64,000 bases of DNA, from positions 1 to 64,000 of the forward strand of contig JBKAGE010000045.1 of the NCBI GenBank assembly GCA_046290225.1, read 5' to 3'. The notes beneath the pieces are model-generated. The model saw nothing but the letters and a program-made list of their open reading frames with translations, did not search any database and was not told where the DNA came from. This DNA comes from Bradymonadia bacterium (GTDB lineage: Bacteria; Myxococcota_A; Bradymonadia; UBA7976; UBA1532). This document shows, piece by piece, positions 16,674 through 26,615 of this stretch (positions are counted from its first letter, which is position 1; each line of letters begins with the position of its first letter). Position numbers and translations under genes: made by a program.

Positions 16674-17879
16674 TTACGGGGTGTTGTTGGTGATGTTCAC
16701 CGTGGCGATGCGCCCGGGGCGGTAGGCCTTCAGGGCGTGGGCGGTGACGACACCGGCTTCGCGCAGGCCAGTGCGGGGGTTCGTGAAGTCGGGGCCCACA
16801 GACTGCACGGGGAGGAAGTTGCCGAAGACGAGCGTCGGCATGTTGTCGTGCTTGGCCTGCTGGATGAGCGTGAACTCAGGCAGCTCGGTGAACTCGAAGA
16901 TCTGAATGCCTCGGTTGCGAGCGGTGGCCCGCAGGTTCGAGAACTCGTTGATCGTCGCAGTACGCACGTCGCCCGCGTTGGCCTGGTCAGCGACCTCGAA
17001 CTGGTAGTGGTTCGAGAGCTCGAGCACCTCCATGGCCAGCGGATCACAAATGACCTGGTTGGTGGGTGCCTTGCCGTACCGGTGAGCCCGGATCTTGCGC
17101 GCGTTCATGGCGATTCGCTCGCCGAGGACACGACGCCACTCCACGATGTTGGCACCCTCGTAGTAGCTGCCGGATGCGGGGTAGACGTCATAGGCCGTCT
17201 GGTGCTGCGAGTTGGCCACCAGGGCAGCCAGGATGCGCGACTCGATGCCCTGCCGGATGGCTCGATCCATACCCGCGCTCAGGATTTCGTCGAGATTCCG
17301 CCCATAGCTGGACCGCATGCGGAACCGGCTCTGCAGCGTGGACTCCGCACTCAGGAAGTAGTAGGCGGCCGTCATGGTGTCTTCGGTGATGCCGAAGCCG
17401 ATACGGTTCGACTGACCGATGCCTTCAGGCGTGGGCGCTGCGGAGTAGTTGGGATCCCGCCCCACAGCCAGCGGGGAGTCGGCGCCGTAATCGTTGTTGT
17501 CCTCGCGGGTGTACTCCTCAGTGAAGATGTTGCCCTGCTCTTGCAGCATCTGCACACCGGTCACCAGATCGAAGGCGCCGAGGCCCTCGAAGATGTCCGA
17601 GATGAGACCAAGAACCTGAGGCCCGTGCAGGTGGATGTCCGTGGTGCCGACGGCCTCTTGGGCTGCCTGAGGCGTCGAGAGGTACGCGTGCTGGACCGCC
17701 ACGGCGGCGAGGAGCGCGCGCTTTCGAGCCAAGGGCAAATGGTCGAGGCTGCGCCCGAACGACTCCAGAGCGGCCTCGATCTGCTTCTCGTGGTCGCCAG
17801 GCAGTGCACGGTTGAGCCCGAGCACCCCCTTGGGCGCAGCTGCGGCGAGTTCTGCGGGGAGATTGAATTTGGGAAGCAT
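16674..17879 (-). CDS. major capsid protein, T4 gp23-like
   Basis: LGAFDLVTGVQML and LSAESTLQ..GRNLDEILSAGMDRAIRQGIESRIL resemble gp23 blocks; follows the prohead protease. Confidence 0.8.
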   Translation of the reverse strand: MLPKFNLPAELAAAAPKGVLGLNRALPGDHEKQIEAALESFGRSLDHLPLARKRALLAAVAVQHAYLSTPQAAQEAVGTTDIHLHGPQVLGLISDIFEGLGAFDLVTGVQMLQEQGNIFTEEYTREDNNDYGADSPLAVGRDPNYSAAPTPEGIGQSNRIGFGITEDTMTAAYYFLSAESTLQSRFRMRSSYGRNLDEILSAGMDRAIRQGIESRILAALVANSQHQTAYDVYPASGSYYEGANIVEWRRVLGERIAMNARKIRAHRYGKAPTNQVICDPLAMEVLELSNHYQFEVADQANAGDVRTATINEFSNLRATARNRGIQIFEFTELPEFTLIQQAKHDNMPTLVFGNFLPVQSVGPDFTNPRTGLREAGVVTAHALKAYRPGRIATVNITNNTP

Positions 17880-17978
17880 GGTTTCACCTCATGCGATGGG
17901 TGTGGGCTCAGGCTCCGCGCTCAAGCGGAGAGCTTTGAATTCAGACGTTGTGCTCTGCTGGCTTCCGGGAGAGGCCGG

Positions 17979-19478
17979 TTACTTGCCGTACTTGTAGGGG
18001 TTGGCGCTCTCTTGGCCGGACTCGGGGGTCTTCCCACCGACGTCAGCGCTCTCCTTGCCGTCTTCGGGGGCGCCTTCGTTGAGGGTGTTTTGACCCTCCA
18101 CTGCCTCCTTGGCCGGGCTGAGCGCCTTGGCGTCCTCGACGAGCTTGAAGTCGGCGGTGGCCTGTGACTGCGCAGCCTCGACGGACGTCAGAGCGCCGCT
18201 CTCCACGGCGCTCTGCACGCGACCGGCGATCATGCGCATGACCCGATCCTCACCGGCCCAAGCCTCGAGGGCCCGCCGGGTGCCCTGCTCGAGCTTGAGC
18301 TGAGCCAGCTGAGCGTTCGCCTCCTCGGCGGCCTTCTGAGCAGCCGCGGCGCTTTCGCGTGCAGTCTCCGCCTCCTGCTCGGCCTTGGCCAGGCGGGTGC
18401 GGTCGACGTCGGCCTGCAGACGCACAGCTTCGAGGGCCTTCTCGGCACTCTCCGCAGGCTCATCGGAAGTGATGGCCTCCATGGCCTTCTCGGTCAGCGC
18501 GCGCTGCGTGGGGTTGAGCCCCTTGAAGCGCACGAGAGCGTCTCGGTCTGCCTCGTCGAGCAGGGTCATGGGATCAGGCTTGGGGGCCGACTCCTGAGCC
18601 TTCTGCACGACGGCGTTGAACAGCTCGGGGTGCTTCGTCTTGAACTCTTCTTCGGTCATCTGTGCCTCCTGGGCCGGTACAGCCCCTGGGGTGTCGTCGC
18701 CCCCCGAGGGGGCCGTGTCTTTGGAAGGAGAAGGTGTGGTGATGGTCAGCTCGGGCGCCGACTCGGTGACGCGCTCGAGGACACGCTCGAAGGCCGACTC
18801 GAGGGCCTCCTCTGCGTCAGCAGGCATCACGAAGGTGTCGGCGCCGGGGAAGCGCACGACGTCGAACCCTTTCAGCACGGCGATGCGCGACAGCTTCACC
18901 ACCTTGCCTGCGTGGTCCTGGTTGGCGGCCCAGTAGGGCGACTCCTCGTCGATCTTGTGGGGCACGCACCAGACCATCGAGTCTTGGCTCATGCCCAGCG
19001 GGAGCCCTGCCTTCCAGCACACAAACACATCGGTGCCCGTCGAGGTCTTGAGCAGGCCGATGCGGCCCTTGGCGACCACGGAGCCGTCGTCGAGTTCCTC
19101 GGTCTCGACGCTGAGCAGGCGCAGCGCCACGTTCCGAAACTTGTCCAGGTTCCTGTGCTTGTATACGTGGCCGTCGAGGCCCGGGATCATCGACTTGGAC
19201 GCCATCTCGTTGAGCTTGGCGCAATGCTCGATGTAATCGCTGGTCAGGTAGAGCTTGCCGTTCTTCGTCACCCGACCGGCGCGGCCGAGCTCAGCAGGCA
19301 GCACCGCGTGATACAGGTCGGGGTCGAGCCCGGCCTTGGCAACGTCGTCGCCGAGCAGCACGCCGTCGCCGCTGGGGCTCGGCAGCGTCACCGCCTCGAG
19401 TGAGTGCTCCTCTTGGCGCTCCTCGGAGTCGAAGGCGAAGTGATCTCGGGGGCCAGTGCTGGGAAGTGCGTCAAGCAT
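17979..19478 (-). CDS. prohead protease (gp21/S77-like) fused to scaffold
   Basis: TKNGKLY, LDGH, LGMS, GFDVVRFPG; Ala/Glu coiled-coil C-half; internal RBS plus ATG at 18659. Confidence 0.75.
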   Translation of the reverse strand: MLDALPSTGPRDHFAFDSEERQEEHSLEAVTLPSPSGDGVLLGDDVAKAGLDPDLYHAVLPAELGRAGRVTKNGKLYLTSDYIEHCAKLNEMASKSMIPGLDGHVYKHRNLDKFRNVALRLLSVETEELDDGSVVAKGRIGLLKTSTGTDVFVCWKAGLPLGMSQDSMVWCVPHKIDEESPYWAANQDHAGKVVKLSRIAVLKGFDVVRFPGADTFVMPADAEEALESAFERVLERVTESAPELTITTPSPSKDTAPSGGDDTPGAVPAQEAQMTEEEFKTKHPELFNAVVQKAQESAPKPDPMTLLDEADRDALVRFKGLNPTQRALTEKAMEAITSDEPAESAEKALEAVRLQADVDRTRLAKAEQEAETARESAAAAQKAAEEANAQLAQLKLEQGTRRALEAWAGEDRVMRMIAGRVQSAVESGALTSVEAAQSQATADFKLVEDAKALSPAKEAVEGQNTLNEGAPEDGKESADVGGKTPESGQESANPYKYGK

Positions 19479-19533
19479 GGACCCAGGGTGTGGGCCATTC
19501 CGGCGCATGCCAAAACCGGGGGGAAAATGAGGG

Positions 19534-19559
19534 TTTTCGGTACGCGGAGCGCCTACCGC
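19534..19559 (-). promoter_or_regulatory. 26-bp upstream element of the head operon
   Basis: GCGGTAGGCGCTCCGCGTACCGAAAA, identical to 24813-24838 in gene orientation. Confidence 0.7.
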
Positions 19560-19798
19560 CTCTGTCTCAGCTGCACCCCCGATGACCCGCGCAGTTGCAC
19601 GATGGGGGCGTCCTCCCAGCCCTCTTGGCCCTGACGCAGCATTCGGCGGAGCACATTCTGGGCATGGGTCACGATGGCCTTTGGGTCTCGATCGCGCCTG
19701 CCATCCCAGATGGCGCGGATCAGACTCTTGAGCCTTCGCTGCTGTTTCTTGGACAGGGGGAGGCCATCAAGAGTCGACGGCGTGGGTGGGGCAGGCAT
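19553..19798 (-). CDS. small basic hypothetical protein
   Basis: starts 3 nt after upstream stop. Confidence 0.45.
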   Translation of the reverse strand: MPAPPTPSTLDGLPLSKKQQRRLKSLIRAIWDGRRDRDPKAIVTHAQNVLRRMLRQGQEGWEDAPIVQLRGSSGVQLRQRR

Positions 19799-19801
19799 GG
19801 A

Positions 19802-20377
19802 TCAAAGGAGCTGGGCAGCTTGCAGGCGCTCACGCACCTGGAACATCTTGCCGCTGCGGGTGAGGCGCAGATCTACAGCCGCGGGGCAGTCTGGGCCCAG
19901 GCTCTCGATGGCTCGCTCGACGTTGGCTCGCTCGTTCAGATCAGCGCGCAGAACAGCCCGGTAGAGTCTGCGGCGCAGACTGCTCTCAGTCGCGGCCTCC
20001 ATCGTGGGCGCCGGCGTGCCCGAAGACACAGGCACCCACATTTTCTTGAACTCCACCTCGGTGACATCACCCAGCGTGATGACGCCGCTGGCGTCGACGG
20101 TGAAGTCGATGCGCTCGTGCGTGTTCCGCTGGATCTTGGTCGTCGTGCCACCTTCACGCTTCTCGGTGGTGTAGGTGACGTGGACGATGAAGTGATCGCC
20201 GTAGATCTCGTTGAGGAACCAGTCATACCGGTGGACGCCGAGGCCGTCGTATCGGGGGTTGAGGGTCGTATACGCCTTGCGTCGGAACTGGTTGACACTC
20301 TCATCGTCGACGAGGCCCAGGGCAGCCTCGACGGCACGCTCCATCTTGGGTGCGGGCTTGTCTTCGTGCTTGAACAT
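19802..20377 (-). CDS. hypothetical late protein
   Basis: GGAGG RBS; preceded by shared promoter motif. Confidence 0.65.
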   Translation of the reverse strand: MFKHEDKPAPKMERAVEAALGLVDDESVNQFRRKAYTTLNPRYDGLGVHRYDWFLNEIYGDHFIVHVTYTTEKREGGTTTKIQRNTHERIDFTVDASGVITLGDVTEVEFKKMWVPVSSGTPAPTMEAATESSLRRRLYRAVLRADLNERANVERAIESLGPDCPAAVDLRLTRSGKMFQVRERLQAAQLL

Positions 20378-20416
20378 GGTCTCTGCCCTCCATTGGGGGT
20401 GGTCATGGGTGAGGGC

Positions 20417-20448
20417 AGGTTGGGTGATGGTCGCCGGCGGTGGCGAAA
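20417..20448 (-). promoter_or_regulatory. shared late-promoter-like motif, copy 2
   Basis: TTTCGCC-N19-CAACCT. Confidence 0.6.
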
Positions 20449-20461
20449 GAGGGGGAAAGAC

Positions 20462-23400
20462 TCAGAGCACCTCTCGAAGCACGAGGCCTCGAACGGTGAC
20501 GAGGGGGGTTGGTACCAGATCGGTACCGTTGGCGAGCAGCCGCTCCTGCAGCGTATGGGCAGCTTGTGAGATCTCACCGGCGTTGGCCACCTCGACGAGA
20601 GCCACCGTGTTTGGATCTGCGGGCACAGGGCCGGCGGCGAGGGGCCCCGCCTGGCCGTCGACACCCACCATGCCGTTGCCATCCCAGATGAGCGCGAGCG
20701 TGTGACCGTCAATCTCGAGGCCCTGCAGCAGGTCGAGGTGTCCTTGCCAACTGCTCAGGGCCGGCTGCACCTCGGGAGATCTCATCACAGACGTCGCCGG
20801 CGGTGCGCTGAGCATGATGCCTCGATCGAAGGCCCAAGACCGGCGCTGAGGGCGCCTCACCCGTCTGCTCATGGCACCCGACTGGCGCGTGGTCTTCGCG
20901 ACGCCGCTCTCGGCGCCTGTGCGCCAGCCTGTCTCCACATCGGGGCTGAGCAGGAAGCTCTGTCCGAGCAGGATACGCCCCAGGCGTAGATCCCCGTCGG
21001 TGCGCTGGGTGCAGCCGGCGAAGGTCAGGCGGCAGTACCGGTACCGGCTCGTCTCGTCAGGGAAGGCGTGGGCCAGATCTACCGCAAAGCGATCCGAGAT
21101 GATGGCCCAACTGTCGGCGGCGCCCAGCCAAGTCGCTGACTGCTCAAGGTAAAGGGTGTCATCCGTGTTGCTCTCGATGCGCACCACGTTGCCGTTCTCG
21201 TCGGCGAGGTAGAAGCGTGGGCCATGGGCACCCGAGGCAAACTGGTCTCGCCGCCATGGGCCTCCGCTCGGCCCTCTGAGCGTCACTCGATTCCCGTTGA
21301 TGGTGATGGTCCAGTTCGCATGTGGGCCGAAGGACCACAGGGCCGCAGAGCGATGGGCGGTCGAGATGCCGGGGCCAATGGAGAAGGGCGTGCCGACGAT
21401 GTAGCTCACCGCTGGGGTGCCCCAGTCATTGGTGTCCGACATCTCGATGCGCATGACGGGCCAGTTGCGTCCCACCACTGCAAAGGCTGTGGGGCGAAGA
21501 CCTCGGCCCTCGCCGGCGTCGAGGATGATTTCAACGTCGTTGGCGTCGGTGTCAGATCTCCACTGCTGCATGGTGGGCTCGCGCAGGATCTGGTCGGCGC
21601 CGTAGGTGTACTCGGTCTTGAAGTTGAAGGCGCCCCGCGTGAGCGCCTCTCCACGCCATCGAGCCTCGGCGCCCCGAAGGAACCACTGCGCAGGCTCCTG
21701 CCCGAGCTGGGCTGAGCGCATGCGGTTGGTGATGCCGGCGTCCTGGCGAACCAACGCCTCGCCGGTGGTGGCCAGGACCTGGTCCGAGTCCTGGTCTACC
21801 CAGTCCACGCCCCGCTGGATGGGCATCTTGAAGTCAGCAGTCGCGCTGGGCCGGTGCAGGTGCACGCTCTTCCAGACGCTCTCGGCCCCGCTGGTATCAA
21901 TCTGGCCCCACCAAACCACGTCACCCTCGAAGAATGGAATCTGGATGATGGCCCCTGAGTAGATCTCTGCGAAGGGCGCGTCGAAGTCAGGATCGAGTGT
22001 CAGATCATGCGCCCGAGCCAAGGCCGAGACCTCGCCATCCCTCATGGCGATGATCACCTCGAGGAACTGCCCCGATGGCAGATCGACGCTGCCGAGCGTC
22101 TGGCTCGTGACCAACTCGACAAGGTACAGGGTCGTCGTGGCCCCGTTGACCTCGCAGCGCAGGCTGACGATCTGCTCCTTGTCGTCAGCCTGGTGGGCCA
22201 GGGCGAACCGCAGGCCGATCTCATCTTGGCTCTCATCGCCTCCGCTCACGGGCTTGAAGACAACCCTCAGCTGGCCCTGGAGGGAGTCATCAGAGTTCTG
22301 CAGAGCGGTTGTCTGGTAGGAGACGGCCCGGCCCTGGGAATCCAGCCGCAACCCACCCTCGCCAGAGCTGCTCGATCCCACATCCTCGAGGGTGACGGTG
22401 TAGGATCCTGAAGCCCCCGTCACCTCTACCCAGGCCATGTCATCTGGCAGCGCTTCGCACGTCCAGCACATCTCATAGACCGTGCCCCGGGTGTAGGGTC
22501 GGCCGCCTGCCTGTGGCAGTGAGGCGAGTCGTTCGTGTAGGGGCTGCCAGTGATCCATGCGCAGCGCGACGAGCGAGCTGCTCTCAAGCACCAGATCACT
22601 TCTCTCCATCACGTGCTGGGCTACGAGGAGCACTTGCCCCCGGTACTCGACTGCGTCCAGGCCGAGATAACCCTCGTAGTAGATGGTGTTGGCTGCTGCG
22701 TTGTAGGCCGGCGCCGCTTGGCCACCGGTGTGCCGGGTGTTGAAGACGTAGGGCCCCATCGGCGTGAAGGCGTTCTGGTAGCTCCCAAGCTCGGGGTGCA
22801 CGTCGCGCGTGACGGCAGCACGACCCACGAGCTCGTCGATGATCGTAGTCGCGCCCCCGCCTGCTGGTGAAGCGCTGTGTGCTGAGCCGTACAGGTGCAG
22901 GTATCCATCGGGGCGCACCACAGGGGCGAGATTCAGGATGCCCCAGCCAGCCGTGCTCGAGCCGAGCAGCTCGCCGCTCTCGACGAAGGTCTGCCATGTG
23001 ATGCCGTCGGCGCTCATCAGCGGGATGCGGGCCGTCTCATGGCTGTTGTTTCGACGGATGGTCACCGTGCCGAAGACGAGCCCGTTGCGCAGCAGAGTGC
23101 ACGACACTGTGCCTCCGGGGACTGCTGCGGTGCCCGCACTGAGGAACCCACCTTCGGCAGAGCCTGCGCTGACAAAGACCTGAGGCTCGATGGTCCGAAT
23201 GAGGTGGGCTGTCCAGCTGTATCCCCGATCAGCAGAGACCAGACTCCACACAGCCTGCTCGGTGAGCACCAGGGCGACGATGTGCCCCGAGGGCAGCAGC
23301 TCCATCGCCACAGAGCACAACGGGCTGGTGTCGGACCAGACACCGCTCTGCAGATATACGTCGGGCGAGTTGCCCTCGCAGAAGATCCGTCGGCGCTCGG

Positions 23401-24103
23401 TCCACGTCGCCCCGTCATCCTCGGAGACGTAGACGAAGAGCCGTCGATCTGTGGGGCTGATGTTCAGGTCCTGGTTGAGCAGCACGCACACGATCTCTTC
23501 AGTGTCCGGAAACTGCACCCCGTCGAGGGCGATGCGCTCCGCCAGGTCAAAGGTCAGCGCCGATGGCCCCGGCCCCACCATCTGAGCGAGCGGGCTCCAC
23601 TTCTGATCACTGGCCCCGAGGCGAGAGATCATCGGCAGCCCACCCACCGAGCCTTGCTGGCGCACCGGAGGGTTGACCGCCGACATGCACCACAGCAGCA
23701 CATCACCACTGGCCAGGGGCAACAGCTTTGGGTGGTTGTGGTGCCCCTGAGGCGCTGTCGCCTCGTTGTGGTCGATGAGATCAGGCCATCGTCCGACGAC
23801 GTGGGGAGACTGGCGCAGCTGCAGATCTGCGCTTGCGTCATCACCCTCGCGCACCCAGCCCCAACGGCCGCGCTCCACCGGCCCTGACTTTGTGACGACG
23901 AGGGTGCCGGCGACGTCGCCCTCGATCTCACCACCCAGCCCTGGGCGTAGATCACCTCGAGGTAGATCATCACCTGTGCTTGGTTGGCTCACGTGACGCC
24001 CCGTCTGGGCCACCTCGTGAGTGTTGACGCGGCGAGCCGCAATCACAGTGGCCTCGGCCAGGGCCGGGTCCGGCAACACCAAATAACGTTCGATCTGTTT
24101 CAT
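20462..24103 (-). CDS. large virion/tail protein with Asp-box (BNR) beta-propeller
   Basis: SEDDGATW, SADRGYSW, SADGITW Asp-boxes; more than 1200 aa; late-motif promoter. Confidence 0.65.
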   Translation of the reverse strand: MKQIERYLVLPDPALAEATVIAARRVNTHEVAQTGRHVSQPSTGDDLPRGDLRPGLGGEIEGDVAGTLVVTKSGPVERGRWGWVREGDDASADLQLRQSPHVVGRWPDLIDHNEATAPQGHHNHPKLLPLASGDVLLWCMSAVNPPVRQQGSVGGLPMISRLGASDQKWSPLAQMVGPGPSALTFDLAERIALDGVQFPDTEEIVCVLLNQDLNISPTDRRLFVYVSEDDGATWTERRRIFCEGNSPDVYLQSGVWSDTSPLCSVAMELLPSGHIVALVLTEQAVWSLVSADRGYSWTAHLIRTIEPQVFVSAGSAEGGFLSAGTAAVPGGTVSCTLLRNGLVFGTVTIRRNNSHETARIPLMSADGITWQTFVESGELLGSSTAGWGILNLAPVVRPDGYLHLYGSAHSASPAGGGATTIIDELVGRAAVTRDVHPELGSYQNAFTPMGPYVFNTRHTGGQAAPAYNAAANTIYYEGYLGLDAVEYRGQVLLVAQHVMERSDLVLESSSLVALRMDHWQPLHERLASLPQAGGRPYTRGTVYEMCWTCEALPDDMAWVEVTGASGSYTVTLEDVGSSSSGEGGLRLDSQGRAVSYQTTALQNSDDSLQGQLRVVFKPVSGGDESQDEIGLRFALAHQADDKEQIVSLRCEVNGATTTLYLVELVTSQTLGSVDLPSGQFLEVIIAMRDGEVSALARAHDLTLDPDFDAPFAEIYSGAIIQIPFFEGDVVWWGQIDTSGAESVWKSVHLHRPSATADFKMPIQRGVDWVDQDSDQVLATTGEALVRQDAGITNRMRSAQLGQEPAQWFLRGAEARWRGEALTRGAFNFKTEYTYGADQILREPTMQQWRSDTDANDVEIILDAGEGRGLRPTAFAVVGRNWPVMRIEMSDTNDWGTPAVSYIVGTPFSIGPGISTAHRSAALWSFGPHANWTITINGNRVTLRGPSGGPWRRDQFASGAHGPRFYLADENGNVVRIESNTDDTLYLEQSATWLGAADSWAIISDRFAVDLAHAFPDETSRYRYCRLTFAGCTQRTDGDLRLGRILLGQSFLLSPDVETGWRTGAESGVAKTTRQSGAMSRRVRRPQRRSWAFDRGIMLSAPPATSVMRSPEVQPALSSWQGHLDLLQGLEIDGHTLALIWDGNGMVGVDGQAGPLAAGPVPADPNTVALVEVANAGEISQAAHTLQERLLANGTDLVPTPLVTVRGLVLREVL

Positions 24104-24110
24104 GCCGGTG

Positions 24111-24142
24111 ATGCTGAGGTGCATCGACCGCCGGCGGCGAAT
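24111..24142 (-). promoter_or_regulatory. shared late-promoter-like motif, copy 3 (leaderless start at 24103)
   Basis: ATTCGCC-N19-CAGCAT, 7 nt before ATG. Confidence 0.55.
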
Positions 24143-24216
24143 CTGGAGAGCGGGGATTCGCCGACAGACGACGTCTCGACGTAGGTCTGCAGGGGTCACA
24201 GCACTCGGAGGAGCCC

Positions 24217-24807
24217 ATGACCATCCCTGCCGGTCGCAAGACCTCCAACATTCGCCGCTCGATTCAGGTGCGCATCGGGGATGAAGTCTCCACCGACACC
24301 ACCGGGGCCCGCGGGCAGACCACCAGCGTTACCGCTCAGATCCACCATGGAGACCCCTGGGCCGATCCGGAGGCTGTGGGTGATCCCTCACAGGTGCCAG
24401 CAGACCAGTGGCTCACCACCACGTGGGTCGAAGACGGTGCCGGGCGCCGCGGCTCGTCTCTCCTGCAGATCGACGTCTACTCCCTGATCAAAGGCCGTGG
24501 GGATCTCGATGGGGATCCGCACGGCATGATCGCTGACGACCTGGCTGATGCCGTCGAGGCGCTCTTCGTAGGCCGTGAAGACGATGGGCTCGGGGCCGAG
24601 AGAGCACTCATCCCTGTGAGCGACTACATCGTGCCCACCTCGCCCGTGGCAACCACGGAGACGGCCCTGTGCATCACCTCCTCTGGCTCGAGGGGCACAC
24701 CGCAAGATCGAAGGCGTGTGAGAGCAGGGGCGCACTGGCGCATCACCCTGCGCTTCAGGTTCCGGCTGATTCGGGACCTCTACGACAACGACGCCGCCCT
24801 CACCTGA
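24217..24807 (+). CDS. putative tail terminator/completion protein
   Basis: LLQIDVYS..ADDLADAVEALF..WRITLRFRF pattern; precedes tail tube. Confidence 0.55.
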   Translation: MTIPAGRKTSNIRRSIQVRIGDEVSTDTTGARGQTTSVTAQIHHGDPWADPEAVGDPSQVPADQWLTTTWVEDGAGRRGSSLLQIDVYSLIKGRGDLDGDPHGMIADDLADAVEALFVGREDDGLGAERALIPVSDYIVPTSPVATTETALCITSSGSRGTPQDRRRVRAGAHWRITLRFRFRLIRDLYDNDAALT

Positions 24808-24812
24808 ATGCC

Positions 24813-24838
24813 GCGGTAGGCGCTCCGCGTACCGAAAA
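24813..24838 (+). promoter_or_regulatory. 26-bp upstream element of the tail tube gene
   Basis: identical to reverse complement of 19534-19559. Confidence 0.7.
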
Positions 24839-24924
24839 GGGCCGTTTTGGCTCCTGTTTTGCCGTGGCGCTTGAACTGAGGGCACATCTGAGGCGCACAC
24901 CATCCCTCTCACAGGAGGAAAGAC

Positions 24925-25479
24925 ATGTCCCTCACTCGTACCGGCGGCGTGAAGAATGCCGCCCACGGCTTTGTTGGCTCCTGGGAGATCCTGGACGCCT
25001 TCGTCGACCCCATGGGCGACAACACCAAGATCGAATTCGGCTCGGTCAAAGAAGGTGCCCTCTCGGTCGGTCGTGAGCTGTTCAACTGGCAGACCAACGA
25101 GACTCCGCGGCGCACCGCTGCAACGGTCACCACCTCCATCAACATGGCCTTCACCGGTCAGAACGAGGAGCTCACCGCCGGCATCCTGCACATGCAGATC
25201 GGCGACGGTCGCATCGATGACGTCAGCACCACCGCCTACGTGGGTGACATCGCCAACGACCCCTACTTCTCCCTTCGGGGCGAGCGTCATCGTGGCGTCG
25301 ACCAGAGCGGCACCATGACGTTCTTCATGTACAAAGCGCAGGCGGGCGCTGATTTCGAGTTGGGCTCCGGTGATGAGCTTGTCACCACCCCGCTCACCAT
25401 CAACGCACTGACTGACAATGCGAACGAGTTCAACTCCGGTGGTGGCACCCGCCTCGGTTGGATCAACATCACCGGCTGA
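24925..25479 (+). CDS. major tail tube protein
   Basis: AGGAGG RBS; 184 aa, T/G-rich beta pattern; position among tail genes. Confidence 0.7.
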   Translation: MSLTRTGGVKNAAHGFVGSWEILDAFVDPMGDNTKIEFGSVKEGALSVGRELFNWQTNETPRRTAATVTTSINMAFTGQNEELTAGILHMQIGDGRIDDVSTTAYVGDIANDPYFSLRGERHRGVDQSGTMTFFMYKAQAGADFELGSGDELVTTPLTINALTDNANEFNSGGGTRLGWINITG

Positions 25480-25485
25480 GCCGGG

Positions 25486-25517
25486 TTTCGCCCACGAGCG
25501 TCCACCCCCTCCATGCT
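25486..25517 (+). promoter_or_regulatory. shared late-promoter-like motif, copy 4
   Basis: TTTCGCC-N19-CATGCT. Confidence 0.6.
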
Positions 25518-25539
25518 TGAGCCAACCCAGGAGGCTCGC

Positions 25540-26016
25540 ATGGCAACACCCCACCGAATCTTTGGCCCCTCTGTCCAGGCTGCCGTGAGTCGGCTACGCC
25601 GCTCGTCGATCATGGCCCTCTCGGAGTTGGGCTCCCCCGAGAGCTGCGATGATGTCCCTGTCACCGTCGACATCATCCGACGCGAGCTGACGCAGACTGG
25701 CTCCTCGGCCCTGGGCATCGTCGACGCACACACCCACGTCTCGGGCCTCAACAACATCCCCGCTCTCATCCGCATGAGTGGCACCTGGCGAGATCAGACC
25801 GGGGGAGGCAAGCGGCAGCTCCTCGAGGCCGAGCGCATCGTCGTCTTGCTCGACATCCCCGTCGCCGGCAACGCTGGCCGTGGGGAGCTGCTCCCAACCG
25901 ATCGCCTGAAGTGGAGTGAGCCCCCCTACGGTGAGCGCACCTTCGAGGTGGTCGAGATCACCATCCGAGAGGCGGACCAAGCCGTGGTGGCCCTGGTGCG
26001 GGAGGTCAAGAGCTGA
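25540..26016 (+). CDS. putative head-closure/head-tail joining protein
   Basis: AGGAGG RBS; PTDRLKW..TFEVVEI pattern; precedes gp10-like gene. Confidence 0.5.
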   Translation: MATPHRIFGPSVQAAVSRLRRSSIMALSELGSPESCDDVPVTVDIIRRELTQTGSSALGIVDAHTHVSGLNNIPALIRMSGTWRDQTGGGKRQLLEAERIVVLLDIPVAGNAGRGELLPTDRLKWSEPPYGERTFEVVEITIREADQAVVALVREVKS

Positions 26017-26019
26017 GCC

Positions 26020-26607
26020 ATGGGCATCGACAAGAAGTTCCAGAACCAGCTCGGTCGCATCGCCGGTGGCCTCGACACCCTCGCCGCGCAGGCAGCGCAG
26101 GCCTTCATTCAGGGCGCCGCGTCCATCGGTGAGGCCGCTGTGGGCCGCCTCGGTGAGCTCACGCCACGCTCTGATGATCCAGGGCCCGATGGACACCTCG
26201 CAGATCACTGGGCCCTCGTGCCCACGACACCACGCCCCGGCGAAGACGTGGCCTTCGAGATCACCAACACGCACCCCAAGGCCTTCGAGCCCATCGAATA
26301 CGAAGGTGGCACCACCACTCTGATCGAAATCCTGGAGTTCGGGACCAGGCCTCACGAGATACGGCCCAAGAACGGGGCCTACCTGGTCTTCAACGTCGGC
26401 GGCGCCCTCGTCAGAGCCAAGGTCGTGCAGCACCCCGGCACCCGGCCATACGCCATGCTCGAGATCACCCGTCACGAGGTGGCCGTGGACTTGCTCAAAT
26501 TGAACACTGCGGTGCGTCGAGTACTCGCCCATGCTCTGAGCGGTCGACTGGGTAGGCTTCGGGTGAGGTTCAAGCCCAACAAGAAGAGGCGGGCTCGAAG
26601 ATCCTGA
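26020..26607 (+). CDS. HK97 gp10-like tail completion protein
   Basis: TPRSD..GHLADHW..LEFGTRPHEIRPKN..VQHPGTRP. Confidence 0.75.
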   Translation: MGIDKKFQNQLGRIAGGLDTLAAQAAQAFIQGAASIGEAAVGRLGELTPRSDDPGPDGHLADHWALVPTTPRPGEDVAFEITNTHPKAFEPIEYEGGTTTLIEILEFGTRPHEIRPKNGAYLVFNVGGALVRAKVVQHPGTRPYAMLEITRHEVAVDLLKLNTAVRRVLAHALSGRLGRLRVRFKPNKKRRARRS

Positions 26608-26615
26608 GTTGACCC

